Assembly: GCA_964187785.1 (NCBI GenBank)
Contig: OZ076409.1
Coordinates: 65,412,001 to 65,476,000 of the forward strand
Direction of reading: 5' to 3'
DNA from: Amphiscolops sp. MND2022
Taxonomy: Eukaryota
Length of the DNA: 64,000 nt
The notes under the pieces are model-generated. The model saw nothing but the letters and a program-made list of their open reading frames with translations, was not told where the DNA came from and did no database searches. Below, piece by piece: positions 12,101-24,988 of this stretch. Numbering within the stretch: position 1 is the stretch's first letter; every line of letters starts with the position of its first letter. Both the position numbers and the translations under genes were made by a program.

Positions 12101-13532
12101 ATCATACCAATTAAATTATAAATTAAAACTACTACTTTTTTGGAAATTCACACCAAAAGACAGTGTCTGTGACGTATTATTTGAGAACACATTTGAAGAT
12201 ATTTCTTTTCAATTCTTTCCGCTATCGTGAGAGTTATTAGAATCAATTTCTTGAGCAGATCCAAACTGAGGTCACAGGCAAGTCCATTCATGAGTCATTA
12301 TTGGACCATCGCATCACCATTAATGGGCCATTGGAATGTCCCATGATTTTTGCCACGGACTATCGAAAGCAACCTCTCTCATAGTATCAGAAAACTTTTA
12401 AACAAAGTTATGAAATTATAATCACAAAACGTCGTTTGTAAAACGTTGGAGAATGAGATGTTGCTATTTTGAGTTCATACAACCTTTGAGTTTCGAAGAT
12501 GCATCATCTGTTTGAACCTTTTTGATAGATAGAAAAATTGAACCCATAGAAAACCAATTTTCAACGCATGTTCAACACCCTAAAGAAAATTCGGTTCTCT
12601 AATCAGTTTAGTTCTATTAACGGAAAACAGAAGTCATGTTCTGATACTATGCGTTTCGCCAAAACATTCACTATGTCTCGCCATCACGTGACAGAACATA
12701 ACGACGGTTGTCAATACGAGGAGTTCTTTCAGACAAAAACAACTGTCACTTGCGAGTCACATTTTCCCGACAAAATTTGATATTTTTGTCAATAAAAATC
12801 CGTTCGACGGATCCGGTTTTACAAATTTCATCAATTAAAGCGTTATGAAATTCGTTCAAATAACATAATCAGTAACCGTCATCAGAAAGCTCTTATTTTT
12901 TGTTTGCACCGCCCACTTCTTTGACGAGGGTTTTTTCGTCAAATGCAATTCACTGATTTCACGATACACTGCCAGAAACACCATCGAGATGGTTCTGTTT
13001 TTCTAAATACCGGCCTCACTCTCTGGCTTCTTCTACTACCAAGTGATCCGAAGTCTACGGGCACAAGAAGAACGCATCGCACGCAATCGTGCTCTGCCCA
13101 TTGCGTTCACTAAGCTGGATTCTTTGGATAGTTTGCTGGACTCCCAATTATGTTTTCGGCTTCTTAGGATTCAGAAAATTGGGTAGCAAAGAAAGTTCCG
13201 TGGACACCTTTCTCTCGTACTTCTTTGTTGTGAAGACTCCGTTGCAACTCTTGTACTCGCAGCTGAATGTGCTAGTCTATTTGGTGACTAAATTCCAAGA
13301 CTACCATGCAGCTTTCTTCAAGAAGCTGATGCGTACAATTCTGTATAAACCCGTTGCTGGTTCGGACACTGCTTCCAAGACAGGACAAGCGGAGATAATT
13401 GACAACCAAAGTAGACTTTTCACTTTTCGTGGAAAAGTAAAAAAGTGTATCAGTGGCTATAATCTTTGGTGTATTACTATCGCTGACAGTTTCGACGTTG
13501 TCATGGCAATATGCAACATTCGGACAAACTAG
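9147..13532 (+). pseudogene. Rhodopsin-like (class A) GPCR pseudogene, 4 exons (~9147..9383, 9706..10462 incl. MITE, 11496..~11650, ~12910..13532)
   Basis: TM1 ...IFTCCLSTYCILG|NVLLFAFL (GN motif across a GT-AG intron); TM2 VMFQAICDVIG; TM3 CIVTHLRLLLNEYSTGVCALATAGFR|YLFVCKP (DRY-like FRY across an intron); TM4 NIAVVIVLVVCL; TM5 MVLFF*IPASLSGFFYYQVIRSL; TM6 SWILWIVCWTPNY (CWxP); TM7 LLYSQLNVLVYLV. Lesions: frameshifts near 9771, 11520 and 13108, stop at 13004-13006, MITE insertion, no ATG found. Confidence 0.8.
9923..10365. mobile_element. MITE inserted in GPCR exon 2; TA-flanked, with aaagggc subterminal repeats
   Basis: TA|tcatggttaggacaacc ... ggttgccctaatcatgg|TA (imperfect TIR); multiple aaagggc/aaggggc direct repeats near both ends. 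Confidence 0.75.
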
Positions 13533-14489
13533 AGTCTATTTAAAGAGTTTGAAACATCTCAGAATGTGAGATTGTACAAATTGGAATCAAAAATTAATAC
13601 CATATATAAACGATTCAGTTTGAGAATCATTTATACCAAGTGAAATATGATTGTAAGTATGTACTGGTCTTCAATTGTAGATGGATTGGCAAACATCCTA
13701 CTTTCTTATTCTGTTGTTGCTGCCCCGAGTTTATAGTCAATCAAAATCGCAGGGTATTTATGATTGTGGCGCTGAAACAATCAGTATAGAACATGAAAAA
13801 TTATGAAAAGACATGTTTGAAAAATGAAAGGACCTTTTTCATTGAAACCTTTTTTCAATTTTCACAAACTTTTTTCACAATTTCGAAAACCAAGTTTGTT
13901 TCATATTACTTTCCAATATTTTTGTTTCCAATTTTTTTCTCTGAGAAAATACCCACAGCAAAAAGTCTCCGAATGTGATTTTTGAAAGAAAGAACAGGCT
14001 TTTAATATGACTTCTTCGTCTGAGCAACTCGAACTGACACTGTTGCCTACTTTTAAAATTTCAACGAAATGTTCTGAGATAGTAGTTTCTTATAGATAGC
14101 GGAGGCATTGAGTTCTGTCAAACGGAATGTCACGGTTTCGAAACCTACTTCAGCCTAAAATTCTTGTTTCTTGGAATAGGCGTTATTCCTGAAACAATTT
14201 AATATCATTGATAGATTGCAACTATATGGAAGAAAAACGATACCAAAGAATTTTTCCTGGTCTTTTGTTGTACTTCAGATATTTTGATTTCAGAAAAAAG
14301 CTCCTGGGTGAACTTCATCGGCAATTTTATGAAATACAGAATCCGCTTGGGTCGTGAACAAAAGACACGGAAATAAAAATTCTGGTAACTATTTTTTGCG
14401 TGTGAGGTTTCGCGGTAACATGGGTTCCGCTTACCACGATTTGTGTGATTGACTGAAACCTACCTTCAAGTGATTCCGGTTATGTGTCT

Positions 14490-17400
14490 TTTTAAACCAA
14501 ATTGAAAGGATACATTACCGGAGTGGTGATTTCCCATCGGCATTGCAGCCGATATATATATCGGGAACTTGGGCTTTCGTGGTACTGCAATGGATATCTC
14601 TGAACAACCTGATGGAAAAGATTTTTTTCTATATTCACACATTTTGTTAGTTTGGTTCTTAATTTTCTATAGTGATGTAGTTCAAATGGAGCTTTTTCTG
14701 AAACCAATCGAACTGAAAACGACATGATTCCCAGTGCCCGAATCACACTTTCGGTTAGGTCATTTCCAACGTCCATTGTCGCTGTTGTTACACTTTTCTT
14801 CGTTGGTATTACTCATTTTACGAGTCCGTTTCCGCTGTACTTTCAGGGTAGGCTGTATTCAATATTTTTGCAAAACTCTCCATTGTTTGTGAATGCCTCC
14901 TTTCTATCAGACGTTCCCTTATCTGGTTTGCCGTATAAAGTGAACTTCATTGTTTAACAGTTTATTATAATTTGTTCAGTTTCTAATGTTTTGCAAAATT
15001 ACACTGTAGGCATACTGTCAACCTAATCGATCGCAACCAATATTTGAACTTTCGCTATTAACTTTCCTGTCATGAAAACGTTCAAGAAAAAATGATTTGT
15101 ATCTCTTGCCCCAGTTTGGGTAAGGTTCTTAGTTGGCCGTGTTGGTTATTCGAAAATCCGTAGTTGACATTCTTACCTGCATTCAGGCATGTCCTACGTT
15201 TTTGAACTGTTTGTTCACTGTCTTCCTGATCAGCGTCTATCCCTTTCAATTCACCAGAATTGTTGCCATCGGAATGAACTTTGTAACTCTGGAGTGAGCG
15301 AATTGTAAGATGTCAAGCAACCGTTTTCACTGGTCAAACGAACGCAGCAGGAATCAGGTTTTCCACCAGAAAAGTGCCCCACCGAATGAAGAGTTTCTCA
15401 AAGACCGGTTTGTACCCCTCCGGTGCTGCTTGCTTCTTTTCTCAAGCTTGCCCGAACTCTTCTCAGTCTTATTGGATTGGTCAATGTCTTCAAGATTGGC
15501 ATTTCCAGGAACAACATGAAGTCAACTCAGTCAGCTCTTTTTATGTTGTCTCCGGTTATCGTCTTGTTATGGGACAGCTATGATAAGCGTTTTCGTGATA
15601 CACTTGGGAAACGTCTCATCTTTCAACAGATGAAATTGACTTCGCGAAGCTAATTCAGATTGAACGTTTCACCTAATTTTTTTTGCTCACCCCGTGGTTG
15701 TTTTAGAATGTTCAATTCGAATAATATTGGTTGATTTTTCGCGCAATTTTGTTCTCGGATGGCTCAGTTTTTGTTTCCACTTCGAACTTTCTGCATTGTG
15801 GATGGTTGTCGAATAACGAAACGCATTTCGTGTTCAATCATGCGTGCTCGGTCATTGCGTCGATAGCGTATTGTTCATCACAATTGTCCTCGGAATGCTC
15901 CCAAAACCGGGTTTCTCTGCGAAAACAGTGAATTTTGGCTTACTGCCGGTGATGTGTTGATCTGCAATCGCGGACTGTGCGAGTCGATTGAGCAATCATG
16001 CTAGTGTTGCGCTATTTTGTTTGTTTCTTCGGTTTCGTTTCCTCAGAGGTTCTAATGCTTGAAGATCCAGTCATAAATCTGTTTTTTCGAAGTAAAAAAT
16101 GGAATTCTTTTAACCCCCTCACGATTGCCACAATGCGCGTTCTCCAATTGGTTACTTTCTTTTGAAACTATACAAAACACTATTTTCGTTTGGGGTTGAT
16201 TTGATGTCTCGTTAGCTTGTTTTTGCCAAAGCGTAATCCAGAGTCCGGTTTTGCTGGTGTCTGTTTTAACCATGTTATCTGATTTTTTGTGCAAAGTTTG
16301 TTAGTCATGAAAGGACGGTTAGAATTGCCTGCCGAAACGAGCCTATTCGGTGACACCGGGGCGAAGTTTAGTGACTAATACAGATTCAAGGTTTTTTACG
16401 GACTTGCCGACATACCAATGACCTTTCAACAAAAATTGATTGAACACTTAGTTATTGCAATGTCTCCGGACTGGTTAGATACGCTGGATACCGGTCGAGT
16501 AACAGAAAGTCTTTTCCTTCACGTGACAATCGAAAATGCTGGAACAAGGAGACAAAAACGAATTCAAAATAGATGAAATAAAATTTGAAGCGATCATGAA
16601 ATTGAAATCACCAGAAAAAAACAACGAAGATCATTGCTCTGTGCAGTACAACCCCAGCGAGAGGTTTACTGAATTTTTTTTTGGTTCAGTCGACCCCAAA
16701 AAACTGAATACAGAATAAATCAAGAAGTTGTGAAGATGTTAACCGAAAAATTTCAATCAAATACAACAGATGCAGACAGGAAAAGAACGTAGTTTCTGTA
16801 AATTTTCGAAATGAATATATGTAGAGTTCCTCGGAGTTTTGATTCAACCGTTCCTCAATTTTTGGCATATGTGGAGTTCTTTTATGCAACTATTTTTCAC
16901 TTTCAGGGAGTCAAATGCTATTTTCATTGACTCGTCATTGTTTCTGTAATGATCACTGGCGACTAAAAACAGTTGTCATCCTCGTTGTTGGTTTTTTCTA
17001 GATGCTCAGATTTTATCAGTATATCAAGTGCTTCTCGAACTTACCGGATTGGGTTCTGGCTTAAGTTGTATATTTGTTTCGCTTTCTTTTAATGATAGGT
17101 TGCTTCTAAAAGTTATGGATTTTTTCGAATATTTTCTTTGTCTTTGATTGGGTAATTCCAACCAATCGTATTCTACCGATTTTTCGCTACCGATTGTTCG
17201 CTACCAAGTTATTCATTTTCCGTACGTTTTCCGAAATTTTAAATGGGTATGAATAATCACATCGTTTTGAAGACACAATAATTGCCTCTTTATATCGTTC
17301 TTTGAATTTTAAGAACTGACGTATTTCTACAATTTTGCTATATTCCCCACCAATAGTCGAAATTTGTCCATTTTTCTTCATGCCTTTCTGATATTCTTGT
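14490..17400 (-). mobile_element. Highly decayed Ty3/Gypsy relic (RNase H and integrase remnants on -, RT remnant on +)
   Basis: Minus strand: TDTSKTGLWITLWQKQ (RNase H first motif, ~16200-16265); ILVAID, LYGKP...SD, SGNGLVK and KAPFELHHYRK (integrase, 14600-15200). Plus strand: YRFK/FYGLADIPMTFQQK (16379-16437) and KFEAIMKLKSP (RT). Boundaries are approximate. Confidence 0.65.
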
Positions 17401-18809
17401 TTTTTTTTCTGTTGGATGAGTATCCATTGAGCTCAATTACAAACATTGGGTTACGTAGCTATTTTTATTTGGAGAAAACTTTTCTCAGTGTTTCAAAGCA
17501 AGGCGTAAAATGAATTGAAAGTTGTAGGTTGTAACCCGCTTGAACCTTCAGAAGATGTTGTAGCTAATTTGTTTCGGAGCGGAATTGACCCAGGTGCTCA
17601 GCTGGCGAATCGTTAAAAGTATTGCTTCAAACAGCCTAAACTGTTGTGTCCAGCTTGCTGACAAATACTATTTTGATATTGGCTAACAGCATTTTGTAGC
17701 AAGTTTCTTTTTTTATATTATAGATTTTTTCGCATTTTTAACCTAATAGCTGTAACTAGATACCTGATATCAAAAGCATGCACGCATATTGTTCCTAAAG
17801 CATTTCTTAGAAAGGTTTGGAAACAAGAGTTTAACATAGTGATATAAGATAGATTCGAAGAGTCTAGCTCAAATGAACGACAACTCAACTTGTTGATAGA
17901 TCGTTTCGATGTAATTCAATATTTGTCGTTTCAGCGTCAGTGACATCTTCCGATTACGTAATCATACTAGCACTTAGTGAAATTGAAAATGGGATCATCA
18001 ACAACTGCACAGTCGGTAAGCGGAGCGGTAGCCCAATTGCTCGAATCCCAGAGCAGAAGCTATCGCTGTAAAACAACAAAACAATAACAAAACAAATAGT
18101 ATTTAAAGGTATCATTCTGGAACACTTTGTCCATAAGCATTTTGTCCAATCATAACTTAGGTTGAATAACTTGGTCGTGCAAGGGCATAGTCAGATTGGA
18201 CAGTCACTCAGTTTAGCTGATTGATCAAATGGAAGACTATCAGCTGTACATGAGATATAATTTTTCTTGAACCAGTATCAAATTCATCTTCCGACTAAGT
18301 AATATTCTCTGCCCGTGCCCGTGACCATTGCTATCTCAGTAAGATATTGGAACAATCTCGGCTAAGATCTTGCTAAAATCTTGCCATGGTACGCATTTTG
18401 CCATGGTAAAATCTTGTTTAGACTTGGCTGTAGATGTTATTCCTGCTCGCCTATTGCGCCTCTAGGCGTCGGTTCTCATTTCACTGGAATAAAAACTACA
18501 ACCACTGGAATAAGGTGTAAAATGCCCAAGTACGACAATTTCTCCAATCTTATTCCAGAGATTTTTAATTTTCACAGGAAATCGATGTCTACCCTGAAAG
18601 CGCGAAATCCTTTGCATCCAAAAACTATCCACTGGTTATGCAAACGTTGTGTAGTGCCGCATTGTGGTCCACATTGTCCACATAACCTTCGTCATTACAG
18701 TGTCGGATGTTAAAAGTTTGCAAAACGACGACGAAACCGCGGAAATAATCGGATGAAAGATTAGTCCTAAAAAGGCATTGAAAATTCACATTTCAAAAAG
18801 CCACATAAG

Positions 18810-19002
18810 TGTTACGGAGATAGCAATAGTCGTCTAGACTAATTAGACAGTACCTGCCAAAAAGGACAATTTTCTGTTCTCATGCCATGAACTGTGCTAC
18901 ATGATACATACGATTTAGTTTTTTTGAGATATACAAGTTTGCTACTAATATTCTTCGATTTTAATTCAACTTATTTATTAGACTTTTCCCTAGTCTATTA
19001 CA
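18810..19002 (+). repeat. 5' LTR (193 bp)
   Basis: tgttacggagatagc...gtctattaca; 7 substitutions against the 3' LTR by manual comparison. Confidence 0.95.
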
Positions 19003-19012
19003 TAGCGCAGTC
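19003..19012 (+). promoter_or_regulatory. Primer-binding site, tRNA-Ser-like (TAGCGCAGTC, one change from TGGCGCAGTC)
   Basis: Lies immediately after the 5' LTR; complementary to the ...GACTGCG-CCA 3' end of invertebrate tRNA-Ser. Confidence 0.65.
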
Positions 19013-19030
19013 AAAAAAAACTACCAGAGA

Positions 19031-22000
19031 ATGAGCACTGATCCAAACATGTCCGAACAATCGGGACAATCCGAACAATCGGGTACACAAAATCAATCAA
19101 CAGCGATGTAAAGAATGGAAACGAACAAGTACAAGATCCCAATTCTATCAGACCGGGAGACAGACTTAACAAAAACCAACCCAAGAATGTGGTGGGAGCA
19201 GAATTCGGAATCTATTGATCTCACATACCACAAACACCTGGAAGACTTGATGAATCACGGAACCGAAGGTATGGATGCCCATACAATTTACCACCTAAAG
19301 GGCGATGTCATTTGGGCCCTGGGCCCAAAAGCAAAGCACGAAATTATGAGAGGCCAGTGGGGCCGAGAGTTGAAAGACGTCAACATTTAAGAACTACTGA
19401 AGTTATTCAAAAAGACGTTCATGCCCGCCCGAAGCGTATTTCATAGCAGAGCACAATTCTTTTGTGTAAAGCAGGAAGACGGTGAGACACTCGATGACTA
19501 CTGGAAAAGATTGGTGGATATTGAGAGAAAATGCGAGTTCAACCAAATAACGCTCGAAGAAATTATCACATACAAATTTGCAGCAACAATTAATGACAAA
19601 AAGGCCTGGGACAAATTCATCAAAGGCCCATTAGAACTACGAACCGTCCTAGAAACTAAAGAACTTGACAACTATAATCGTAAGAATGGTGACAAAAAGC
19701 AAAGAAACAAAAAGTCGAAGAGAACTTCCTCAAACAGCTCCTCCAGCGGAGAACAAGTTGTTTTCACTAAGCCCGTACGAAAGCGAAGACCCCTAGACAC
19801 CGAAAAGAAAAAGCCCCCAACCCGAAATTGCCACTTCTGCGGGAAACCTAACTGGACACCGGAACATAATTGCCCTGCACGAAAATCACAGTGTAATATT
19901 TGTAAAAAGACCGGACATTTTGCCAGGTTTTGCAAAAGCAAGACCGTGAACCGGATACATGACTAAGATGAAACGGACAGCAACACCAAGTCATGGCCTG
20001 AATCGGATCTTACTTAGTCCACCAACGGAAAGACTTCTACAAAGCAACCCTTTTGGTGGAGCGACAGCCAATAGACTTCATCATTGATACTGGATCCCAA
20101 TTACCATTATTCCGCCAATATTCAATCCGACGAAACTGACGAAGACAACAAAGTAATTCGTAGACGTCAATAAAATTCCGATAAAATTCAAAGGCGAGGC
20201 GCTGGTAGAAGTCAAAACGGAAAAAAGTAAAGTTATGTTACCAATTCTTATAACCGAGAACAAAGATAAACAGCCATTACTGGGCCTTGACTGGTTAGAT
20301 AATTTGGAAATCGGATTGCAAGGCAACCGGAATACGAACATAACTGTAAACGAGAGAAGCACGAATTTTTTCGACGAATTTGAGGATCTGTTAAAAACAA
20401 GCACACAATAGAGGGCCTAACAATCGATATCCAGTTGGAAGAAGACGTCAAACACATCCAACAGAAAGAGAGACCCGTGCCAGTCTACTTCCAGAACAGC
20501 GTACGGCATGAGTTAGAAAAATTAAACGAGAAGGGACATCTGGAGAAGGCAGATGGAACGACACAAAATTGTTTTATTTCTCCGGCCGTAATAACCATAA
20601 GGAAAGATAAATCGGTCAAAATAGCCTTAGACTCCAGAAAGCTGAATGAATCCTGCATAAAAAGAAAGGCTGCCATGCCGAACATGGAAGAATTGATCAA
20701 CAAAATTTGCGCAGAAATCACTAAAGGTAATGGGGAAATATGGATGTTGAAAATTGACCTGGATTATGCTTACGGACAAGCCAAATTATCCAAGGAAGCC
20801 GCAAAGCATTGTGTATTCTTCATATTCGGCCGCGACGTCATCGACCACTACCGATTCAAGAAAAAATTTTACGGGCTGTCGGTTATTCCAACCGTCTTTC
20901 ATGAACATATCGATAAATTATTGGAGTTCAAAATACCAGTATGATTAGACAACATTATCTGTGTAACGATCGGCTCTGTTGATGACCACGAACGTGAAGT
21001 ACTTTACAAATTGGAGAAAGCTGGATATCGTGCTAGCGAGAAGAAGACCGAAATGTTCGAAAAGGAATTGACATGGCTCGGCTATTACATAAACCAGAAC
21101 GGTGTAAAGCCAATGAAAGACAAAACTGAAGCAATAACAAAATTGGCCATCCCGAGAAATGTGGAGGAGCTAAAGTGGTTTCTGGGCTCGATTCAACACC
21201 TGTCCAAGTTCGTAAACAACCTATCCAAGAAAACAGACAGGATGCGGAAGTTAGTTGCTGAAGAAGGATTCCAAGTGGGAATGGACGGCCGAAATACATG
21301 ATGATTTCGAGAAATTGAAGAAAGAGATCATCGAAGCACCGTGCCTGGCGCATTTTGACCCGATGAAGGATACCTATGTAACTACCGACGCATGCAACAC
21401 TGGTTTGGGAGCCACATTGTGGCAGAAAGAGTGGGAGGTTTTTAGACCCACCGCATTTGCTAGTAGATTTTTAACCGATTGTGAGAGGAAATATGCGATT
21501 AATGAGTTGGAAATCCTGGGAGCATTGTGGGGGTTAGAACATTTTAGATACTACGTTTATGGAAAAAGAGTAAATTTGTTAACGGACCACCAAGCGTTAC
21601 AGCCGTTGCTGAAACGCAACCGAGCTCACACACAGTATGGTGCAAGAATAACGCGTTGGCTAGACTGCTTGGGCCACTTCGATGTGAATGTCCAATACAC
21701 CGTCGGTAAACAATTCCGCTGACGGATTATCTAAGCCGTCATCCGATAGCGCACTCCGATAAGTCCGAAACAAATAACAAAACGTTCCGTCAAGAAGAGA
21801 CAGAAGCCGAAGAAGAGTTCGTCATAAATCAGATATACGGCTTATTTGATTTAAACCGAACAGTCGGAAATATTACGCAATTCATTGAACGGACGACGGC
21901 ATTGCAGCAAACCGACCAATCACAACGCGACCAGCAAATACGCGACCAGCAAATACGCGAGCAGCATCGAACGGGTCATTCATTTGAAACTTCAGTGAAT

Positions 22001-24208
22001 AGCATCAATCTACTCTCTAAACATCCGTTAAAAGCCAGCATGGATAATGTGAACGGCATCGAAATGGAGTTCATCTTCAAAAAAGGGGCCATTCCCTCGA
22101 AACCGACCGCTTACGAAAGGAGAGAAACCGTATCCTGAAACAGGACAGGCTGCAAATTGTCGGAAAAGGATGATAAAACGAAAGGCTGCAGAATACCGTC
22201 CATCACAACAAGGCCGCAAGCAAGTAAAAAAACTAAACATCGAAATCTGTAACAGATTCTTCAAATACTGCGAGACACTTGGTACTATTCTCCTCCAAGA
22301 GTACAACAGAATAATCATGAGTCCTGGCTGAATAACTCGGACGGAGGAAGCCCAGTAATCACTTACTACATGAGAAATGCCCGACGAGCGTTCTGAAGAA
22401 ATTTAAAAAATACGAAAGTGTTATTTTGATCCGACTCAAGCAAACGGCCAAACGGAACACTGTGGAGTCTGAGCAAAAAGAAAAAACCGCTGAAGCTATC
22501 CAGAGGTCCGAGAAGAATTTCGCGCTGGATCTACTCATGCTAGTAGAAGAGACGGCCCGGGATGTGAAAATCCTCAATGCACTTTCGGCCCTAGAATCCA
22601 ACCAGATTAGGAGCATCTTTTACCCCTACCGCCCCCACAGAAATCATCTGTCTACAAGATTTGGCTTGCTATTTGACAATGATAAACTCATCATTACAGA
22701 AGCAATGAGGACAACAGTGGTGGCGATGCTACATCATGGACATGCAGCGGTCGACGAGATGAGCAAAGCAGCGGAAGCCTTCTGGTGACCATGGATGTAC
22801 CGCGAAATACAGGAGAAATCCGAAAATTGTGCAGCTGTGAACCGCATGTAAAAACTTTAAAACGCAATTACCAGTCACGGAAATGAACCGTTAGGGAATT
22901 TTAACCGAATCGAACCAAGAACCGACTTCGCTGGTCCAATTAAATTCAAAACACGGGGTGACGTTTATATTTTAGTAGCTGTAGACCGTTTTAGTAAATG
23001 GCCCACCGCACAGATTTGTAAGAATACGGACACTCGGACCGTAATAAAATTATTAACGAAACTTTTCTCAGACAATGAAACACCACGGACCATCCGCACC
23101 GACAACGGTAGCTGCTTTAAAAGCAACGAATTTAAAGAACTCTGCGTCGGGGAAAATATAAAACGCATCCGCTTCACACCGAACTTTCACACCGGCACGG
23201 ATTGGTCGAAAGGACCATCCGGACAATTAAGTCGCCAACTAGAGCCAATTTGGAGGATGGCTTAACCTTTGAAGAGAGTGTCCAATTAGCCATTAGGACG
23301 ATTGGAAAACCACCACATAGTAAATTAAACATGACTCCTTTCAAATGCATCTCGGACGAAAGCCGCACACGGCGATTACCAATTTGATTGGCCAGCCATC
23401 ATGCCTGTCCAATTGGAAAAAAACTGTGACCAAGTACGTTTTAGCACAACCGACAGAGCTACAGGTGTTTACCATACATGACTCTGAGGGAGAGATGGCT
23501 GATTACCTCGTCCTGAATGAAAACAATGAAAGACCTCGATCGGTAAGCCAAAATTTTAAACAGTACCAGTTTTACGAAAACGAAGATCAACCCAACGCCA
23601 TGAAGTCCAGGTTCAAGATAAATAAAACCCTAGCAGCTGTGAAAGAAACAGGTCATACTATCACAACGGCTGACGGGAAACTAATACATAAAAAACTAGC
23701 CTCTAACCCGTTGAAATTTCAGCCACCAAAGAAATCGGAAGAGTCCAGTAAGCCTGCCAACAGATGCCGTAGATGCGGCAAGTTCAGTCAGGGTGACTTT
23801 TGCGAGACCCAGAAACGGCTAATATCAGAAAAGCTGAAACAAGACGAGGCCAGCACGAGCAAGTTTTTCCCGAAAATTCCGACCCGTGATGCCGAAGAAG
23901 AGAGAACCGTCATCACAATCACGACGGAGAGTCAGACGGCTGATGCGAGAGAAAATAGTACCGCCACGGACGAACACGCCGAAGCCGACGAGATCACGGA
24001 GATCAACGCTCCACCTCCGACCGCCGTCAGGGGCCGCACACTAACGGCCGAAACCCCGATGCCATCATCGCCCATCGGTGGCAGCACCGGAATAAGCACC
24101 CGCATCAACGGATGGGACCCAACGGCTACTCCGTTAAAACCATCGGATACCGTCCCCGAATCGCCGGAAGAAGGTAGAGTATATGGTACGAAGGAGGGCC
24201 GGGTCTAA
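19031..24208 (+). pseudogene. Disrupted gag-pol polyprotein of the Gypsy element
   Basis: ORF fragments 19115..19390, 19421..19966 (gag, CHFC...HNC and CNIC...GH...C), 20435..20944 and 21011..21301 (RT), 21255..21722 (RNase H), 22426..22788 (IN zinc finger), 23202..24208 (IN C-terminus). Confidence 0.9.
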
Positions 24209-24459
24209 AAAATGGAGACTTTGCTAAAAAAATTTCCAAAGGAAAATCAGGATGTTAGAAGGTCTAGTAGGATAAGAACCGCAAAACGGGTGGAAAAGAT
24301 GGGGGCATAGAATATTGCTGATAACACCTTGTTGGTTTAGAGAAAGACACGACGTCACCCAGGCGCATTATGAATGCTTTCAAGAAGCCCAAGCTGGACC
24401 AGCAAGAGAAGACCGCAGTCAAGAAGTCCAAGGAGTGGTTTCCCTGATTCTTCATCCAC

Positions 24460-24469
24460 AAAAGGGGAA
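24460..24469 (+). promoter_or_regulatory. Polypurine tract
   Basis: aaaaggggaa directly precedes the 3' LTR. Confidence 0.85.
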
Positions 24470-24662
24470 TGTTACGGAGATAGCAATAGTCGTCTAGACT
24501 AATTAGACAGTACCTGCCAAAAAGGACAATGTTCTGTCCTCATGCCATGAACTGTGCTACATGATACATACGATTTAGTTTTTTTGAGATATACAACTTT
24601 GCTACTGATATTCATCGATTTTAATTCAACTTATTTATCAGACTTTTCCCTTGTCTATTACA
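24470..24662 (+). repeat. 3' LTR (193 bp)
   Basis: Direct repeat of 18810..19002. Confidence 0.95.
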
Positions 24663-24988
24663 CTAAGCAACACTTTTCAGAGATTGCTGCTTGAAAAAGT
24701 AACGTGGAAACTCTGAAGTCATGCAAAAGAGCATTTTGTATATTGTCGTCAGCCTGATAATGGTGAATGCTAATTTTCATTCTAATTTTTGCGATTACAA
24801 TCAATTAAAAGAAAGCACGCTGATTTCAGAAATGTTTTTGAAGGATGCTTTGTAAATTACTAATAGGGCCAGCATTAAATCACGCAAGAATTATCGCGAT
24901 TTTAGAAATAATTAGAATGCTCTGTGACATGGCGTGATTTTACAGCGGAACTAGCAATTGGCGGAAAATGATAATTTTGAAGTAACTA

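Larger units (their letters stand above)
18810..24662 (+). mobile_element. Full-length, inactivated Ty3/Gypsy LTR retrotransposon (Mag-like organisation)
   Basis: TG...CA LTRs at 18810..19002 and 24470..24662; flanks ATAAG/CTAAG (5-bp TSD, 1 mismatch); PBS and PPT present; domain order gag (two Cys/His knuckles) - PR (FIIDTGS) - RT - RNase H (TDAC...ELE...TDHQAL) - IN (DFAGP, VDRFSKW, TDNG, VER). Many stops and frameshifts. Confidence 0.95.
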
